From assembly GCF_009914755.1 (NCBI RefSeq), contig NC_060939.1: a DNA stretch of 64,000 nucleotides. One strand, 5' to 3'. Below are positions 42,019-57,000 of this stretch, in pieces; position 1 is the first letter of the stretch, and the number at the start of each line of letters is the position of its first letter. The DNA is from the human T2T-CHM13v2.0 reference genome, Homo sapiens. Made by a program: the position numbers and the translations under genes. The notes below the pieces were generated by a model. The model saw only the letters and a list, made by a program, of their open reading frames with translations. It ran no database searches and was not told the DNA's origin.

Positions 42019-42819
42019 TAAAACTAAGCACATTCATTGCTTTAATTAAAATCAAAATTAAAATTAAAATTAAAAATGTAAAAGTAGGTAAAAGACAAGT
42101 TAACTGCTGTCTCTCCCAAACAGCAGACCCTGAGGTCTGTGCCCAGCTGCTACTGGGGCCATTCATTCCCTAGGGAAGGGGATGTGGGGAATCTGCTCCA
42201 ACACAGCTGCTGTGTCTGGTGGTGTTTTATTTTTCGTGGCTCAGAAGCACAGGGTAAACTAGCTCCTCATTAAATGACATGCTTCATGTTAGGTGTCAGC
42301 ATGGGGGAAGGCATTAGGTAGAAGGATGTTTGGGAAACACTTGCAGACTGGGGTTAAGGTGTTTGTTTTTCCTCTGAGACCCAGACACTTCTGGTAACTA
42401 TTGTTCCCAAGTGTGTTTTTTTGAAAATTCATTCTTTGCAAATTCCACAGGCAGCCCAGACTGATTCGTCCGTCTAGGAATTTGAGGGGCCAAGAGCAGA
42501 CATAACATTTTATAGGAGAAGGGGGATCAAAGCCAACAGGCTCTTTGCAGAATCCACCCAGGCCTTGCACTTTCAGGATCACACCTCATTAACGGTGGCA
42601 GAGCCTCACCAGGTTGATTTTTAATCAGCTGCCCTTCAGTGAGCTCTGGCTCTTTGTCAGCGTTTTCCAGGCAAACTATTTGTCCTGGAGCTAGGATAAG
42701 TCCTGATGACCCCAAAGCAGGACCCAAATCCCATCATACCAGGGGGCTTGTGCCTTGTCTGCCAACATAGATGGCTCTTCTTTCTTGATGTCCTTTCCCC
42801 CTTCAAGCAATTGCTTAGA

Positions 42820-43843
<1,024 letters not shown>

Positions 43844-44014
43844 ACCCCATGCCTTTCTTATGAAGGGTGTGTCATTCTCTGCACTTCACAGGTGGGGACA
43901 CTCAGATAATATTTGACTTATCCAAGGCTATACAGTGAGTTGATGGGAGGTTCAGGTCTAGATCTTAGCTCTGTTTGTTCCAAGTTTAATGTTCGTCCAT
44001 TAAATGGTCCATTA

Positions 44015-44375
<361 letters not shown>

Positions 44376-44424
44376 CTATTGCTCAGCCTTCTTGAAAGCC
44401 TTTTAATACTTTCATTAAAAATTT

Positions 44425-44800
44425 ATATTTTTAGGATGCTTTTGGCTGCAAGTAATATATACCTAAAACATGAGGGAAATATGTGACATCACACACAAGC
44501 AGTCCAGTCCCAAGGGTTAGTGAACTCAGGGCTCAGTGGCACCATGAGCAAGTGGCAGGATGCATGCAGCAATTCCAAGGGATTCATGCAGGCAGGATGA
44601 GTTCAGAGACGAAGCAGGGTGTTTCCTGCCGTGTGTCTCTTTATATTTATGGGAAACTTTTCCAGGAGCTAGTCCCCTTCCCCTTATGACTCATTGGCTA
44701 GAGCTGCATCACATGCCCAGATTAAACCCATCGCTGGCAAAGGGGAAGGAATGACCAAGACTGGCTTAGACTAATCAGTGTCCTCTCCTAGGGTAGGAGC
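44425..44800 (-). mobile_element. Old MaLR LTR (MLT1K/L/N-like)
   Basis: ttaggatgcttttggctgcaagtaa ... ctcattggctagagctgcatcacatgccc...cgctggcaaaggggaaggaatgaccaagactggcttagactaatca. Confidence 0.65.
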
Positions 44801-46961
44801 CGAGCATCACCTTTCCCTCCCAAGGGAAAGAGAGGCTGATTGCAGGTAATAAACTGGTGGGTAGACGAGGGAGATAAAAAGTTCCCAGCAGGCCCAGATC
44901 AAAGAGTAGGTGAGGAAAGTCTCTGGCCCAGAACCTCAGGGGAGAAGCCTCCTGTGAGGTTGTACCCCAGGACCTACCATGGTTGCACCTAGGAGAGTGG
45001 GCAGGCCAAGGTCCTGGAGCTGCCCTTTCTGCCTTCTCCTCTCCCCCTTCCCCCCATACTCCCTTCCATTCCTTCCCACTCCCTTCTTCTCACCTCCCTC
45101 TTTCCAGCCTCCTGCCTCCTGGTTCTCAGCCCCTCTGCTTCTCCTTTCCTCTGTCTCCCTCAATTTTCTGTATCTTCCCTTCCTTGCTTGTTTCCACTCT
45201 GTTCTTCACTTCCCCGCATCCTGCCAGATTTTAAACTCTGTTCAAAAAGCTTCTCCAAACCTCTTCTCCTTCCTGAGTTTGCCAGATCCTCCCAGGCTCT
45301 CCTCCTTCACCCAGTCCCCTGCCCTAAATCCACCTCTGCTCTTTCCTGGCACTGGATGCCTACTTGGAGGAGGAGCCTTCTGGAGACACCGACCCTCGAC
45401 CCCGAGTTGTGAGTCTGACTGTGGAAATCCTTGGCCCCCAGGGCAGGCCCATGCAGGGTTTGGAGGATAAATTTGGAAACGAAAAGGTTTTCTGGAGCCC
45501 CTCAAATCACACAGCGCAGGAGGAGGTAAGGAGAGCTTGGGGGCATGCTCTGGTGAGGACCAGGGGTACTAGAGGTCACCTATCTTCCCCATGCCTTTGG
45601 ATTTTTGGGCAGCCCACAGGGACATGAGATGAGTCTCTGAGCCAAAGGACCTGCCATGGCTCCTAGTAACGGGAGTGGACACAGCTGGAAATTCTCCCCA
45701 TCCCCTCCCATGCTGGCCTGAAGGGGTTTCAGAAGAAGGCCACAGGGAGGGCCTGAGAGCTCAGCAGTTCATCGGCCTCATCTTCTTCCTCTGTGGAAGC
45801 ATCTGGGCCAGAGAGGAGAGGGACGCCCAGGCACACATGGTGAGGGCCTGGAGCTCTCTTCCCTGCTCCCAGCAGGCTGGCCTGCTGCTGTGATGCCATG
45901 GGTCCCTATGCTGGACGGCAGCTGCTCCTGACTTGAAATTGCCACTCTCTGAGGGCTTCCCAAATTTCTGAAACCTGGGAGTGGCATCAGGGCCTAATCG
46001 GCTCTTGGGAAGGAGGAATGACTTCATCAGAATTCTTTCCAGTTTCTAGCCTTCACTGTATTTTTAAGGGCAAAATGCCATCACCCAGACTCTTTCCAAA
46101 GGTCCGAATAGCTTTCAAACAGGACAGAAAGGGACTTCTGCTCTCCAGGAAAATGCTCTATCCCAAGTCATAAACAGCCCGAATAACCCTACCCCAGCAT
46201 GGCCAAACTGTAAATGCTGGCTTTGTTCAGGGAAGGGTCCTGGTAGAGGGATGAAGTCTGAGTGGAGTGATTGCTTTCCCTCCTGGGTGCTGCGTGGCGG
46301 TGGATGCCAGTGATCCTGTGCCAAGCAGCACAGCCCACCCAGGTGGCAGTGGACGGACCTCTGAAGCCCATGGGCCCTGAGTTCCCAGAGATGGGGTTGG
46401 TGGTAAGCCTGGTCCAGGCTGAAGGGCTTCATCATAAACACCCTGTTCTGCTACCAGGCAGCCCACCCCTCTGAGCAAACACTTCTAAGATCCTGGGGGG
46501 GTCTCTGCTGGACATTCAGAGTTCCTCCCCTATTCCCTCCCATCTCTCTCTCCTCCCTTCTCTTATCCCAGCACTGGCCCTCCTCTGACCACATGCCAAG
46601 ATCTAACACCCCCATCGGCCTTACTTACCTCTTTGCCTGTGTTTCCAATGTCTCCACCTCATCTACCTCCATGGTTCTATCAAAGTCCAAGTCAAAAGTT
46701 GCCTCTTCCTTGAAGCCCTTCCAGATCTCTGCCGAGAATTGAGCAACTTCCTTGTTTGTCTCTGATGACCTATTTGATAGGTTTATCAGAAAAAATCATG
46801 GTCTGCCTTGCTTTAGATTTCACCCTACATGTCTGTCTTCCCACCCACTTATCTCTGGGTCTGTCTCTCCTTCCTGTGCTCCCACCTGTGCCACCTGTTA
46901 GAACAGGGCACTCAGCCCCCTTGGTGAAGACTCACTCCCTTTCAAGTTTTGCAACACTGCA

Positions 46962-47440
46962 TACTAACAGCTAGCATTTACTGAGCACTTACTATGTCCC
47001 TGGCCAGAGTCTAAGTATTTTATGGGCATTAATTCAGGTACCCTCATAATAACCCTATGAAGTGGTACCGAAGTTACCCCCATTTTACCCATGAGGAAGC
47101 TAAGGCACAAAGACGTTGAGTAACCAGCTCAGAGCCAACCAGTAGCAAAGCTTGGATTTAACTCTGGGCAGCCCGTGCCCTTTCACCTCTGCTCCCTGTC
47201 TCAAAGTGGCTGTGGACGTGGGCTCTGACTGCTGGGGATGGAATCAGGGCTGTACCTTCCCTAACTCTGTAACTTTGATGGGGTTAGTTAACTCTCTGAG
47301 CTCAAGTTTCCTTGTGTGAGACAGACGTAATAACAGTACATCCCCACATCACAGCATCGGCACGAGAACTCAGTGAAACAGCGTGGCAGAAGGCTTTGCA
47401 CAGCGCTTGGTGGATAGAAAGGGCACCGTGCTTTCTATTT
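46962..47440. mobile_element. Two adjacent MIRs in opposite orientation (46962-47170 minus; 47205-47440 plus)
   Basis: gctagcatttactgagcacttactatgt...ccccattttacccatgaggaagctaaggcaca; gttagttaactctctgagctcaagtttcc. Confidence 0.8.
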
Positions 47441-48464
47441 CTGCCGTAACACTTGGCTTCAGAACGGTCTCAGCCAGCAGCTTGCAGCCCAGGCATTGAG
47501 AGCTGATCCCAGGCAAGTGCCCGGCAGGGTCTCACATTGCAAGCTCTCAGGTAAGGGCCACCCTTGCCCAGGACGCTGGCATGGGGTGGGGGAAAGGTCC
47601 AGGTAGCACTGCCACCCAGCACCTCCCGGCCTCACTCATCCCAGCACTGCAGAAACAACCTTCCCTCATTATCCCCAAGCCATAAGGACAGAATCCCAAC
47701 ACTAGAAAACAAACCCCAAACACTCAACATGCAGCAATAGGGTAGCCTGAGAGGCCCAGAGTGAGAAGATTCCTTTATGTCTTTTATGAAAGGAATCAGC
47801 TGCCATCCCCAGGCTAACTATCACTTCTCAAGCTCTCTCCTGAGGCCGGTGAATTGTACTGTCATTTCTAACTACCTCAAAAGATGTGTGCGGGCAGACA
47901 AGGCCCAGAGGAAAGACCAAGAGTAAAAAGAGCTACCATGTTAGGCTGGAGGCACAATGGGGTGTGTGTGCTTCTAGAACATTATTTAATGGTGGTGTTA
48001 GATCCCCTCACCCACCCCCTGCCTTTAAAAAACACTGGGAGTAAGTGACATTGTTTCAGGCACACGTGTTCTGTTTGCCTGTGTGGCACCCGTTCACCCA
48101 GGTTACAAGATTCTCAGGTTCTGATGCCAGACCTGGCTCCCAGGTGAAGCCTGTGACCCAATCCTGGCCCTTTAAAGCATCAGGGGCCATGGGCTGTAGA
48201 GGTGGCTGGTAGGTGAGCATGTGACCCCAGGAGCCCAGCGAGACTGACTTCTGGGACCTTCCTTTACACAGTGGGGTACTGTAGGCCTTGAGCGGCTGGT
48301 GGCCACCACATGGAGAGGCCTGGCAGAGACTGAAGCCACGCCGAGGGCTGGTGAGGGGTGGCGAGAGAAGTGGACACTGGGGGTATTTTTTGAGCCTCTG
48401 GATGCAGCCTTCCTCGAAGAGAGCTCTCGACCTGGATTTTCCTCCCTCTGGGGATCAAGGACAT

Positions 48465-48680
48465 GGGTTGTGGAGCCAGCTTGCCTTGGCCAACTCTTGC
48501 TCTACTACTTGCCAGCAGTGAGATCTGAGATGAGCCCACCCTCTACCTCCTCTTTCTCATCTGTGAAATGGAAGTAAGAATGCCTGCCTCTAGGCTGTTG
48601 TGAAGATTAAGTGAGCTCATGTACCTAAAGCAAACGCAAACACTAAGCATGTTGGTCTTCCTCAATATCTACTATCAACT
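48465..48680 (+). mobile_element. MIR
   Basis: ctcatctgtgaaatggaagtaagaatgcctgcctctaggctgttgtgaagattaagtgag. Confidence 0.75.
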
Positions 48681-49542
48681 TTGAGCTGGGCTCCTTCCAC
48701 TGGCGACTGAAAGGGTCTTTACTGCTGCCACACAGTGCCACGGTTGGAAATGTCTTCTCAGACCAGCATGGAGGAAGACTGGGCAACTGGCCCTGCCATG
48801 AATAGGCCTGTCCACAGGGCCAGATCCTGTGGCTATCAGTCCCCTCTTTGCTTGGCCGCAGTGCTGCAGACTCCTTCACTCATAACACGGGCTGGTTCTA
48901 GGTCCTCTAGGATCCCCCCTCTCACCAGGCAAGGACTGGAACTAGCTGCCCTGCAGAGCTCAGGGGCCTGGTGAGCCTGGACACAGATGAGTCCACTGAC
49001 CAGGCCATGGCTTCTTTCTTCCCTGACCCATTGGTCTCACTTGGAAGACGGCCACTGACTTACTGCCCCGGCCAACCCTGCAGTGCCCTGTGCAATGAAC
49101 ACCTGCCTCATGGCAGACTCACCCCTGCAGTGGACTCTAGCAATGCATGTCCAGCCTGCCCTGAACAGCTGGACCTTCCAGAACATACAAAAACCTGACA
49201 CCCTCCTACCAAAGGAAATCTCAGAGGGGCCAAAACCAAGAGCATAGCACAGTCAGTTATAGTAGCAGCTGCGATGTATTGAGCATGGGACAAAGAGGGG
49301 TTCCTTAACCATGGAGTGGTGACTCAAAGCTAGACCCTGGCCAGGAAAGTGCCCCACACACTCAGCCAGGGCCCTACATCTGCAAGGGCTGCTGCCACTG
49401 CATGGGAACAAAGCCAGAGCTGCGGCTTCTTCTATCCAGTCACACCGCCAGCCCAGGAAGTAAAATCTCTCCTTCCTCCCCTCCTCCCCTTCTCTCCTGT
49501 CTAGCAGCTGAGTATGTGCTCCCTGACAAGCCCGAATCCCCC

Positions 49543-50035
49543 GTGTTAACTCTTTATTGCTGCATAAAAATCACCCCAAAACTCAGCAGCCTAAAACAGT
49601 GAATGTTTATTATCTCCCACAGTTTCTGAGAGACAGCAATCTGGGGGCGGCTCAGCTGGTGGCTCTGCCCCGAGCCTCTCATGAGGTCAGGCTGTCTGCG
49701 GGGCTGCAGTTCTCCCAGGGCTTCTCAGCTGTCGGGGGAGCTCCTCCAGTCTCACCTTCTGTCGGCAGGAGGCTTCAGTCCATCCTGCTCCACTGGGCTA
49801 CTCAAGACATGGCAGCTGGCTTCCACCGAAGTGAGCAGTGACAGAGAGGGAGAGATATACCGAGCAGGAAGCTGTACTGTCTCATATAACTGAATCTTAG
49901 AAGCCTTCCACCTCCATGTCTGCCATCTTCTGTTGTTCACACAGAGCAACCCTGGCACTGAGGGGGAGGAGACCACGGCAGGTGTGGCTATCAGAAGGCA
50001 GGCCACTGGGGCCATCTTGGAGGATAGCTATTGCA
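49543..50035 (-). mobile_element. MLT1F-like MaLR LTR
   Basis: tattgctgcataaaaatcaccccaaaactcagcagcctaaaaca...acatggcagctggcttcc...cactggggccatcttggagg. Confidence 0.8.
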
Positions 50036-51391
50036 GGGACCCAGAGGGGTTTGGGGTCAAAAAAGGGGGCAGGGGAAGGGTATGATTCAGAGAAGTTAGA
50101 ACTGTGAATGGTAGTGTCATATTTCCATTAGACTGGATACACACCCCAGAAACTTAGATGTTCATAGCCTGACTGCAGAGCTCCTTGAGCTCTACAGGGA
50201 CAGGGTGAAGAGGGTGCTTCTGCTCTGAGCAGGTGGAGGGTGGGGGTGTTTAGGGATTAGAAAAACAGAACCTGTAGATCTTAGAGTAATGTGGACTTGC
50301 ACTGGAGAGTCCTTGGTGGAGATGGCCATGTCCAGCTTCACCGAGCTGGGCTGTGTCTATTTGCTTGTACAGTGACCCATTCAGAGTGCACCCATAGGAG
50401 GGTCTAGGGAATAAGATAGGGCTCCTTACAGAATGGGGTAGCTTTTAAGCAGAGCCTTGAAAGAAGGAAGGATTTGGTCAGAGAGAGGCAACGAGGACAT
50501 AAGAGTGAAAGGAACAGTGGAAACAAAGGCTCAGAGAAATACACAGCCAGTGGCTTTCAGGACACTGCCCACCATCTTTGCTGCTATGCAGGCTCCAGTT
50601 CCCATCTGACCTACCGCCTTCATGCACCTTTCCTCTTCATTTTGCTCCACTGAATTTTATGTTTCTGTAAATTGCCAGTAGGGATTTTTCTTTGTCTTTG
50701 CCAGGTAGATGTTAACGTTCACTCTGAGCTCTGGAGCCAGTCCAGGCCATGGAGGCTGCGCCGAACCCCAATCTAGTTCACCTTCCTTGAACAGCAGCTC
50801 ACCACCCCTCCTGTTCATCCTCAGCTGCCCACACCTAGCCTGGTTCTGTAGGAAACTCCATCCTCAGGGAAGAAGCAGGAGTAGGCTGCTGCAGAGCCAG
50901 CCAGCAAATTCTTGAAGCATGAACAGGTTAGTTTTCATCAAAAGATTTGAAAGTTCTGGACAGCCAGATACCTCTCTTTGGGATAACAACATTTATAGGC
51001 CCTAAGACCTGTCTTCCAGCTCCTGTGTGCACTGGCTGTCTGCCTTCCGATGCCCACGCCCACACCATCACCTCAGAGTTCCAGAATCCCCAAGCCAGGC
51101 TCTCTGAGGCCTTTTCCACCCCCTAGAGGTCTCAGGGCCTGATCCAATTCCTGTAAAGTAGGCATCCAGCCTGGAGGCACCAGGGGGCCCTAGGCTTAGT
51201 CCCCAAGCATATGCAGCCCAGCCTCAGCCCTGATTCTCCAGGTGTGGACAGCATCCCCATTTACACTCTGACTCCCATGACAGGGCATCTACTGCTTCTC
51301 CTCTTGCCAGGCTGCTCAGCAAGTTCTGCCCCTTGGAGCCAGTGATGCTTAATTTTATGTGTCAACTTGACTGGGCCATGGGATGCCCAGA

Positions 51392-52356
51392 TGTTTCAGT
51401 CTCTTTTCTGTTGCTATAACAGAAAACCTGTGTGAAAGGAAACTCATTAAGCCAAAGGGAAAAGTTAAGCTGGGAACTGGGTCACGCAAACCAGCCTCCC
51501 CTTTTCTTGTTCCTAAATAAGATGGCTACAAGATGAAAAGCTACATGTCTCCCCCATAGTTTGCCCATAAGGAAATTCCTAGTAAGCTTCAAGATCTTTA
51601 TCCTAAAGTTTTTCTGTTAAAATTTCACTATGGCAATGAAAATTGGTAGCTTACCTTTACAGGTGCAGTCACCCCCGCTCCACCCACCAGAAACAAATGC
51701 ATGTCTGATTGTTCTCCTGCCCTATTTTGTCCATGTTATCTTATGTAAAAATGCAGATTCCCTGCATTTTTCCTCTGCCCCATTTGTCTATGTTATTGTC
51801 AGTCAAAAAAAAAATGTGGATTCACTGAGCCAGACAAAGGCATGAATGACTATTTTTCCCTACCTGCTCTTACATGAAAATTGTTGACTTCTCAATACCC
51901 TGCCCTTTCCCCTTTAAATTTGGAGCCCTCAAAATCATCTTCAGAGAAAGGCATAGACCTGTCTCCTGGGCACGTGTCCTTAACTTTGGCAAATAAACCT
52001 CCTAAAATGATTGAAACTTGTCTTGTCATTTTTTCTCAATTGACATCTGAATACATAAGAAAAGAATTTCTGGAGGCTGGAAGGTCCAAGAGCATGGCAC
52101 AGGCATCTGGTGAGGGCCTTCCTGCTGCATCATAACATGGCAGAGGGCATCACATGGCAAGAGGTCAAGTGCCAGGGAGCCAGAGAGAGCTCACTTTGAT
52201 AAGAAAGCCACTCCCAATAACAAACCCACTCCTGTGACAGCAACATTAATCCATTCACAAGGTACAGCTCCCATTAACCCATTAATTCATTCATGAGAGC
52301 AGAGGGATTAAATTTCCAACTTACGAACTTTTGGGGGACACGTACAAACCATAGCA
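51392..52356 (-). mobile_element. MSTD/MSTC-like MaLR LTR, middle element of the nest
   Basis: tgtttcagtctcttttctgttgctataacagaa ... ggtccaagagcatggcacaggcatctggtgagggcc ... gggggacacgtacaaaccatagca. Perfect TSD ccaga. Confidence 0.85.
51431..52045 (+). mobile_element. MER4B-like ERV1 solo LTR, innermost element
   Basis: tgtgaaagga...ctcattaagccaaagggaaaagttaagctgggaactgggtcacgcaaacc ... ggcaaataaacctcctaaaatgattga...ttgaca. TSD cctg/tctg. Confidence 0.88.
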
Positions 52357-52792
52357 CCAGATACCTGGTTAGATGTTATTTGGGGGTGTGTCTGTAAGGG
52401 TGTTTCTGGAAGAGATTAGCATTTGAATTGTTGGGCTGAGTAAAGCAGATGGCCCTCCTCAATGTCTACATTGTTCAACCTGTTGAGGGCTTGAGTGGAA
52501 CAAAAAGGTGGAGAGAGGTTGAATTATCTCTCTCTGCCTGCCTGTTCAAGCTGAGACTTGGAGCTGAGCCACTGGGCTGGAACCTACACCATTGGCCTTC
52601 CTGGTTTTCAGGCCTTCTGATTTGGACTGGAATTAACAGCACCAGCTTGCAAATAGCAGATTATGGGACTCTGCAGCCTTCGTAATGGTGTGAGCCATAA
52701 TGGTGTGAGATATATAGATATATTGGTTGTTTCTCTAAAGAACCCTGACTACTACAGTGCCCCTAAAAAAGGTAAGAAGATAGAAGCTAAGA

Positions 52793-53113
<321 letters not shown>

Positions 53114-54326
53114 ATAGAAGCTAAGAGATCAGAGTTTAGTTCTACCCTTGACTTGGGACCAAGTTCTAACAAGTTATCTCACTTTCTGGCCCTCAGGGCT
53201 CCCTGTGTATAACTCCTTCCCTTCCACCTCCCAAGATTGCTGAGAAAATGAGTTGATGAGATTATGACTGACTGTGTCAGTCATTGCTGCACCAACTATT
53301 TTCAGGAGTTTGCACTTCTTTGGTTAGGGGTTCCCCCATGATACTGGTATTTGTACAAAATTCAGATCAGGCTGCCCCCTCAATACATCCCACCAAGCAG
53401 TTTGAAAGGAGTGATGCTTCCAGATCAAGAGGAATAACCAATTGCTACCTAGAGTTATCTTCGTTGACATTTACAGTGATGAAAGATGTCCAAATCCCCT
53501 CATGTGAACCCTTTTAGAAAGTTGGTGTGGGGCCAGCCAGGCTGCCTTCTCCCTTCTAAATTTCCCTTTCACTCCCCACAGGTGACATCAGTGAGAGTAA
53601 CTCATGATTTCTAAACGAGAACCAGGTAAAAGTGATTTGTTTTTCCTTATTTTTCTCTCCCACCTCCTTGTGCCAACCCCACCTCTGAAGCTGGTGAGGA
53701 GTCTCTCCAATGAGCAGGTCAGATAACTGTTCAGGGGTGCTGGCGAACAGCATTTCCCCTTTGCGCTGAATAGTGAGCTCGTGCACTGGGATAACAGAAG
53801 CTGCACAGGGCTCCCGTGCACAGCTGCCTGGCAGGGCCTGCAGCATTGGCAGCAGCCTCCAAGTGAGTTTGCAGGCGGGTCGGCTTGGGAATGACCACGC
53901 GGCGTTTGCCTTTGTATCCTCTGCTCCTAGCTGGCTGCCAGTCAAGACTGGTTTGAAGTCAAAGGAGTTGGGCTCTGTGACCACTACTGTCCATCTCTTG
54001 CAAACCAAGGCCCTGTAGTTTTAAGTGGCTGTGATCTGACAGATTTGCCGGGTCTGGGCCATGAGATCCAGGCAGGTCACTAAAGCAAAAAGAAGCAGGT
54101 AGAGTAGGTACAGAGAACCATTCCCTCATTGTGTCATCATGGATTTGTTCAAAAATAATTTGTATATGCTATGTGCCAGGCCCTCGGGAGGTAATTGTGA
54201 GTGTGACTATTGCACCCCTGCTCTCACAAAGCTTACATTCTGGAGGGGGAGGTCAGCAGGTGGACCAGCAATTGCAGTAGTGTGTGACAAGTGCTGCTGT
54301 CTATGGGAGCCCATGGAAAGGGGCAC

Positions 54327-54787
54327 TGTTATGGATCGAATTGTGCCCTCCCTTGCAAAATATGTTGAAGTCCTAACCCTTGGAACCTGTGAATGTGACC
54401 TTATTTGGAAATAGGGTCTTTGCAGAAATAATCAAATTAAGATGAGGTCCTTAGGGTGGATCCTAATCCAGTATGATGGGTTCCCTTAAACAAGAGGAGA
54501 AGAGACAGACACAGAGACACTCAGGGAGAATGTCATGTGATGAGAGAGGCAGGGATTGGAGCAACGCGCCTGCCAACCAAGGAACAGCAAGAATTGGCAG
54601 CAACGCCAGAAGCTAAGAGAAAGGAGTGGGGCAGATTCTTCTCGAAAGGCTTCAGAGAGAGCATGACCCTGCAAACACCTTGCTGTCAGACTTCTGGCCT
54701 CCGTAACTGTGACGGAATACGTTTCTGTTCTTTAAAGCCACCCAGTTTACGGTACTTTGTTACAGCAGCCCTGGAAAATTAATAACA
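54327..54787 (+). mobile_element. MLT1C MaLR solo LTR inserted in a minus-strand L2
   Basis: tgttatggatcgaattgtg...gaatgtgaccttatttggaaatagggtctttgcag ... ttgttacagcagccctggaaaattaataaca. Perfect TSD ggcac. Confidence 0.92.
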
Positions 54788-54843
54788 GGCACTAAACCCA
54801 GAGTGGTCCATCAGGGAAGGCTTCTTGGAAGAAGTGACGTCTA

Positions 54844-55417
<574 letters not shown>

Positions 55418-55914
55418 CTAATCTGGGTCCTTTTGTTCACAGGAACGGTTCTTCAAATTAACTCAAACAAAAGGGTCGGTGATGAGGGTGGGGATTTAAA
55501 AGGATACAGGGCATCTCATGGAACCCAGGGCAGGAAGAGCAGCTGAATCTCATAGCATCCAAGGCCTGGGCTTAGGAATTCTGAGCCCGGCTGTGATTTC
55601 CACTGGTCAGGGGCTGTGTGAACTCCCTCACCCCTGCTTCTCTCTTTCTCTTCACTTCCTGTTTTTCTCTGTGATCAGATCCACTTTTTTCTCCCTCCCT
55701 CCCAGCTGGCTTCTTCCACTTACTTTGTAGGTCTCAGTGTACATGTCACCCCTGCAGAAGGCCTTTCATAGCCACACAAGGTAAGTGGCCCCTCATTCCT
55801 CCTTCCCATCACCTATTTACTTATAATACTTAGCACAAGTCACAGGATTGTGTTGATTTATTCGTAGTTTTGATTTTTATCTTTCTCATGAAATTAGAAT
55901 TGTGCTCCACTAAG

Positions 55915-57000
55915 GATTCAGACTTCATCCCAAGAGTAGGGAGTGAAGTGATCTGAACTGTGTTTTCTAAAGATCCCGGGGCTGCAGGTGGAGAATGCGT
56001 CGGTGCTAGAGCAAGACCTGGTACAAGGCCTGGCCCTGAGTCAATGCTCACAGATGATGGTGGAGGGTGTGGAGTCAGGAGGCCCACAAGGAGGGCAGTC
56101 AGGAGGTGAGGGAGGCCTGGCCGTGGCAACAGCAGGGAAGATGGAGGCAAGCAGGTGACTCCTGAGACACCAGGGAGAAGAATGGAGGAGACCTGGTGCC
56201 TGATTAGATGTGGGGAAGAGGGAGAGGGAATAAAACAAAAGGGACTCCTGGGGTTCAGATACAGCAACAAGGCGGCCGGAAGAGGAGATAATGGCTGCAC
56301 TCTGGGGCGTGGGAAGTTTGAGACGCCCGAGGGGCAGCCAAATGGGATGTGGGTGAACAGCTGGAACATCTGGAGTTGGCCTGGAGTTCTAGAGGGAGGG
56401 CCTATCTGGAGATACTGATTTGGAAATCTTTTGCCTGGAAAGAGTAATGGAGTCATGGAGATAGCTCCTGGGGAGCTTCTCTGTAGAGGGAAATGCAAGA
56501 ATGATCTTGGACAGAAGCCTGAGGAACATAAGATTGTACAGAATGAGCAGAGGAAGAGGAGGCTGGGAGCTGCAGCTAGAAGGGGAGGGGAAACCACAGG
56601 GGACATTCATGGAAGCCCAGCAAGGAGTGCCAGGCGAGGTGGAAATGGCCAGCGGTGTCAAATGCTGCCTTGGGGCCAAGGAAGATGAGAGAAGAAATAT
56701 GTCCCTGGAATGTATTGGCAAGGAGGTCGTTGGTAATCTTGGCAAAAACCATTTCATTATGAGAGCAGGGGGCATAAGTCACATTGTGGTGGAGAGTGTG
56801 GGAGTGAGCTCTGTGTGTGCAGACAGCTCTCCCAGAAACTGGGCTGGAGAGGGAAGGAGAGAGAATTCAGAGATGAGAAGAATGAGGAATGGAGGGAGGC
56901 TGGTGTGTTTGTCTTTGAGATAGAATGACGTGAATATGTTGCAGCCCCAACAGGATAGAGAGGAGAGGTTGAAAACAGGAGAGAGGGAGAAACAAAGGTG
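55915..57000 (-). mobile_element. L2 with a recognisable reverse-transcriptase remnant
   Basis: Minus-strand ORF 56576-56782 reads SHNEMVFAKITNDLLANTFQGHISSLIFLGPKAAFDTAGH, matching the L2/CR1 RT motif HSTETALxKVTNDLL...LILLDLSAAFDTVDH. Confidence 0.85.

Larger units (their letters stand above)
51341..52756 (+). mobile_element. MLT2 (B/C-like) ERVL LTR, outer element of a triple nest (own sequence 51341-51391 and 52357-52756)
   Basis: gtgatgcttaattttatgtgtcaacttgactgggcca ... gggtgtttctggaagagattagcatttgaat ... gaaccctgactactaca. TSD gagcc/gtgcc. Confidence 0.88.

Noticed and set aside
44936-45505. Overlapping ORFs up to 163 aa
   Set aside because: Driven by a pyrimidine-rich low-complexity tract; no homology recognised
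55830-56606. 258-aa minus-strand ORF, the longest in the window
   Set aside because: It lies inside a degenerate L2, is rich in P/S/L, and shows no coherent domain. A chance open frame in a pyrimidine-rich strand
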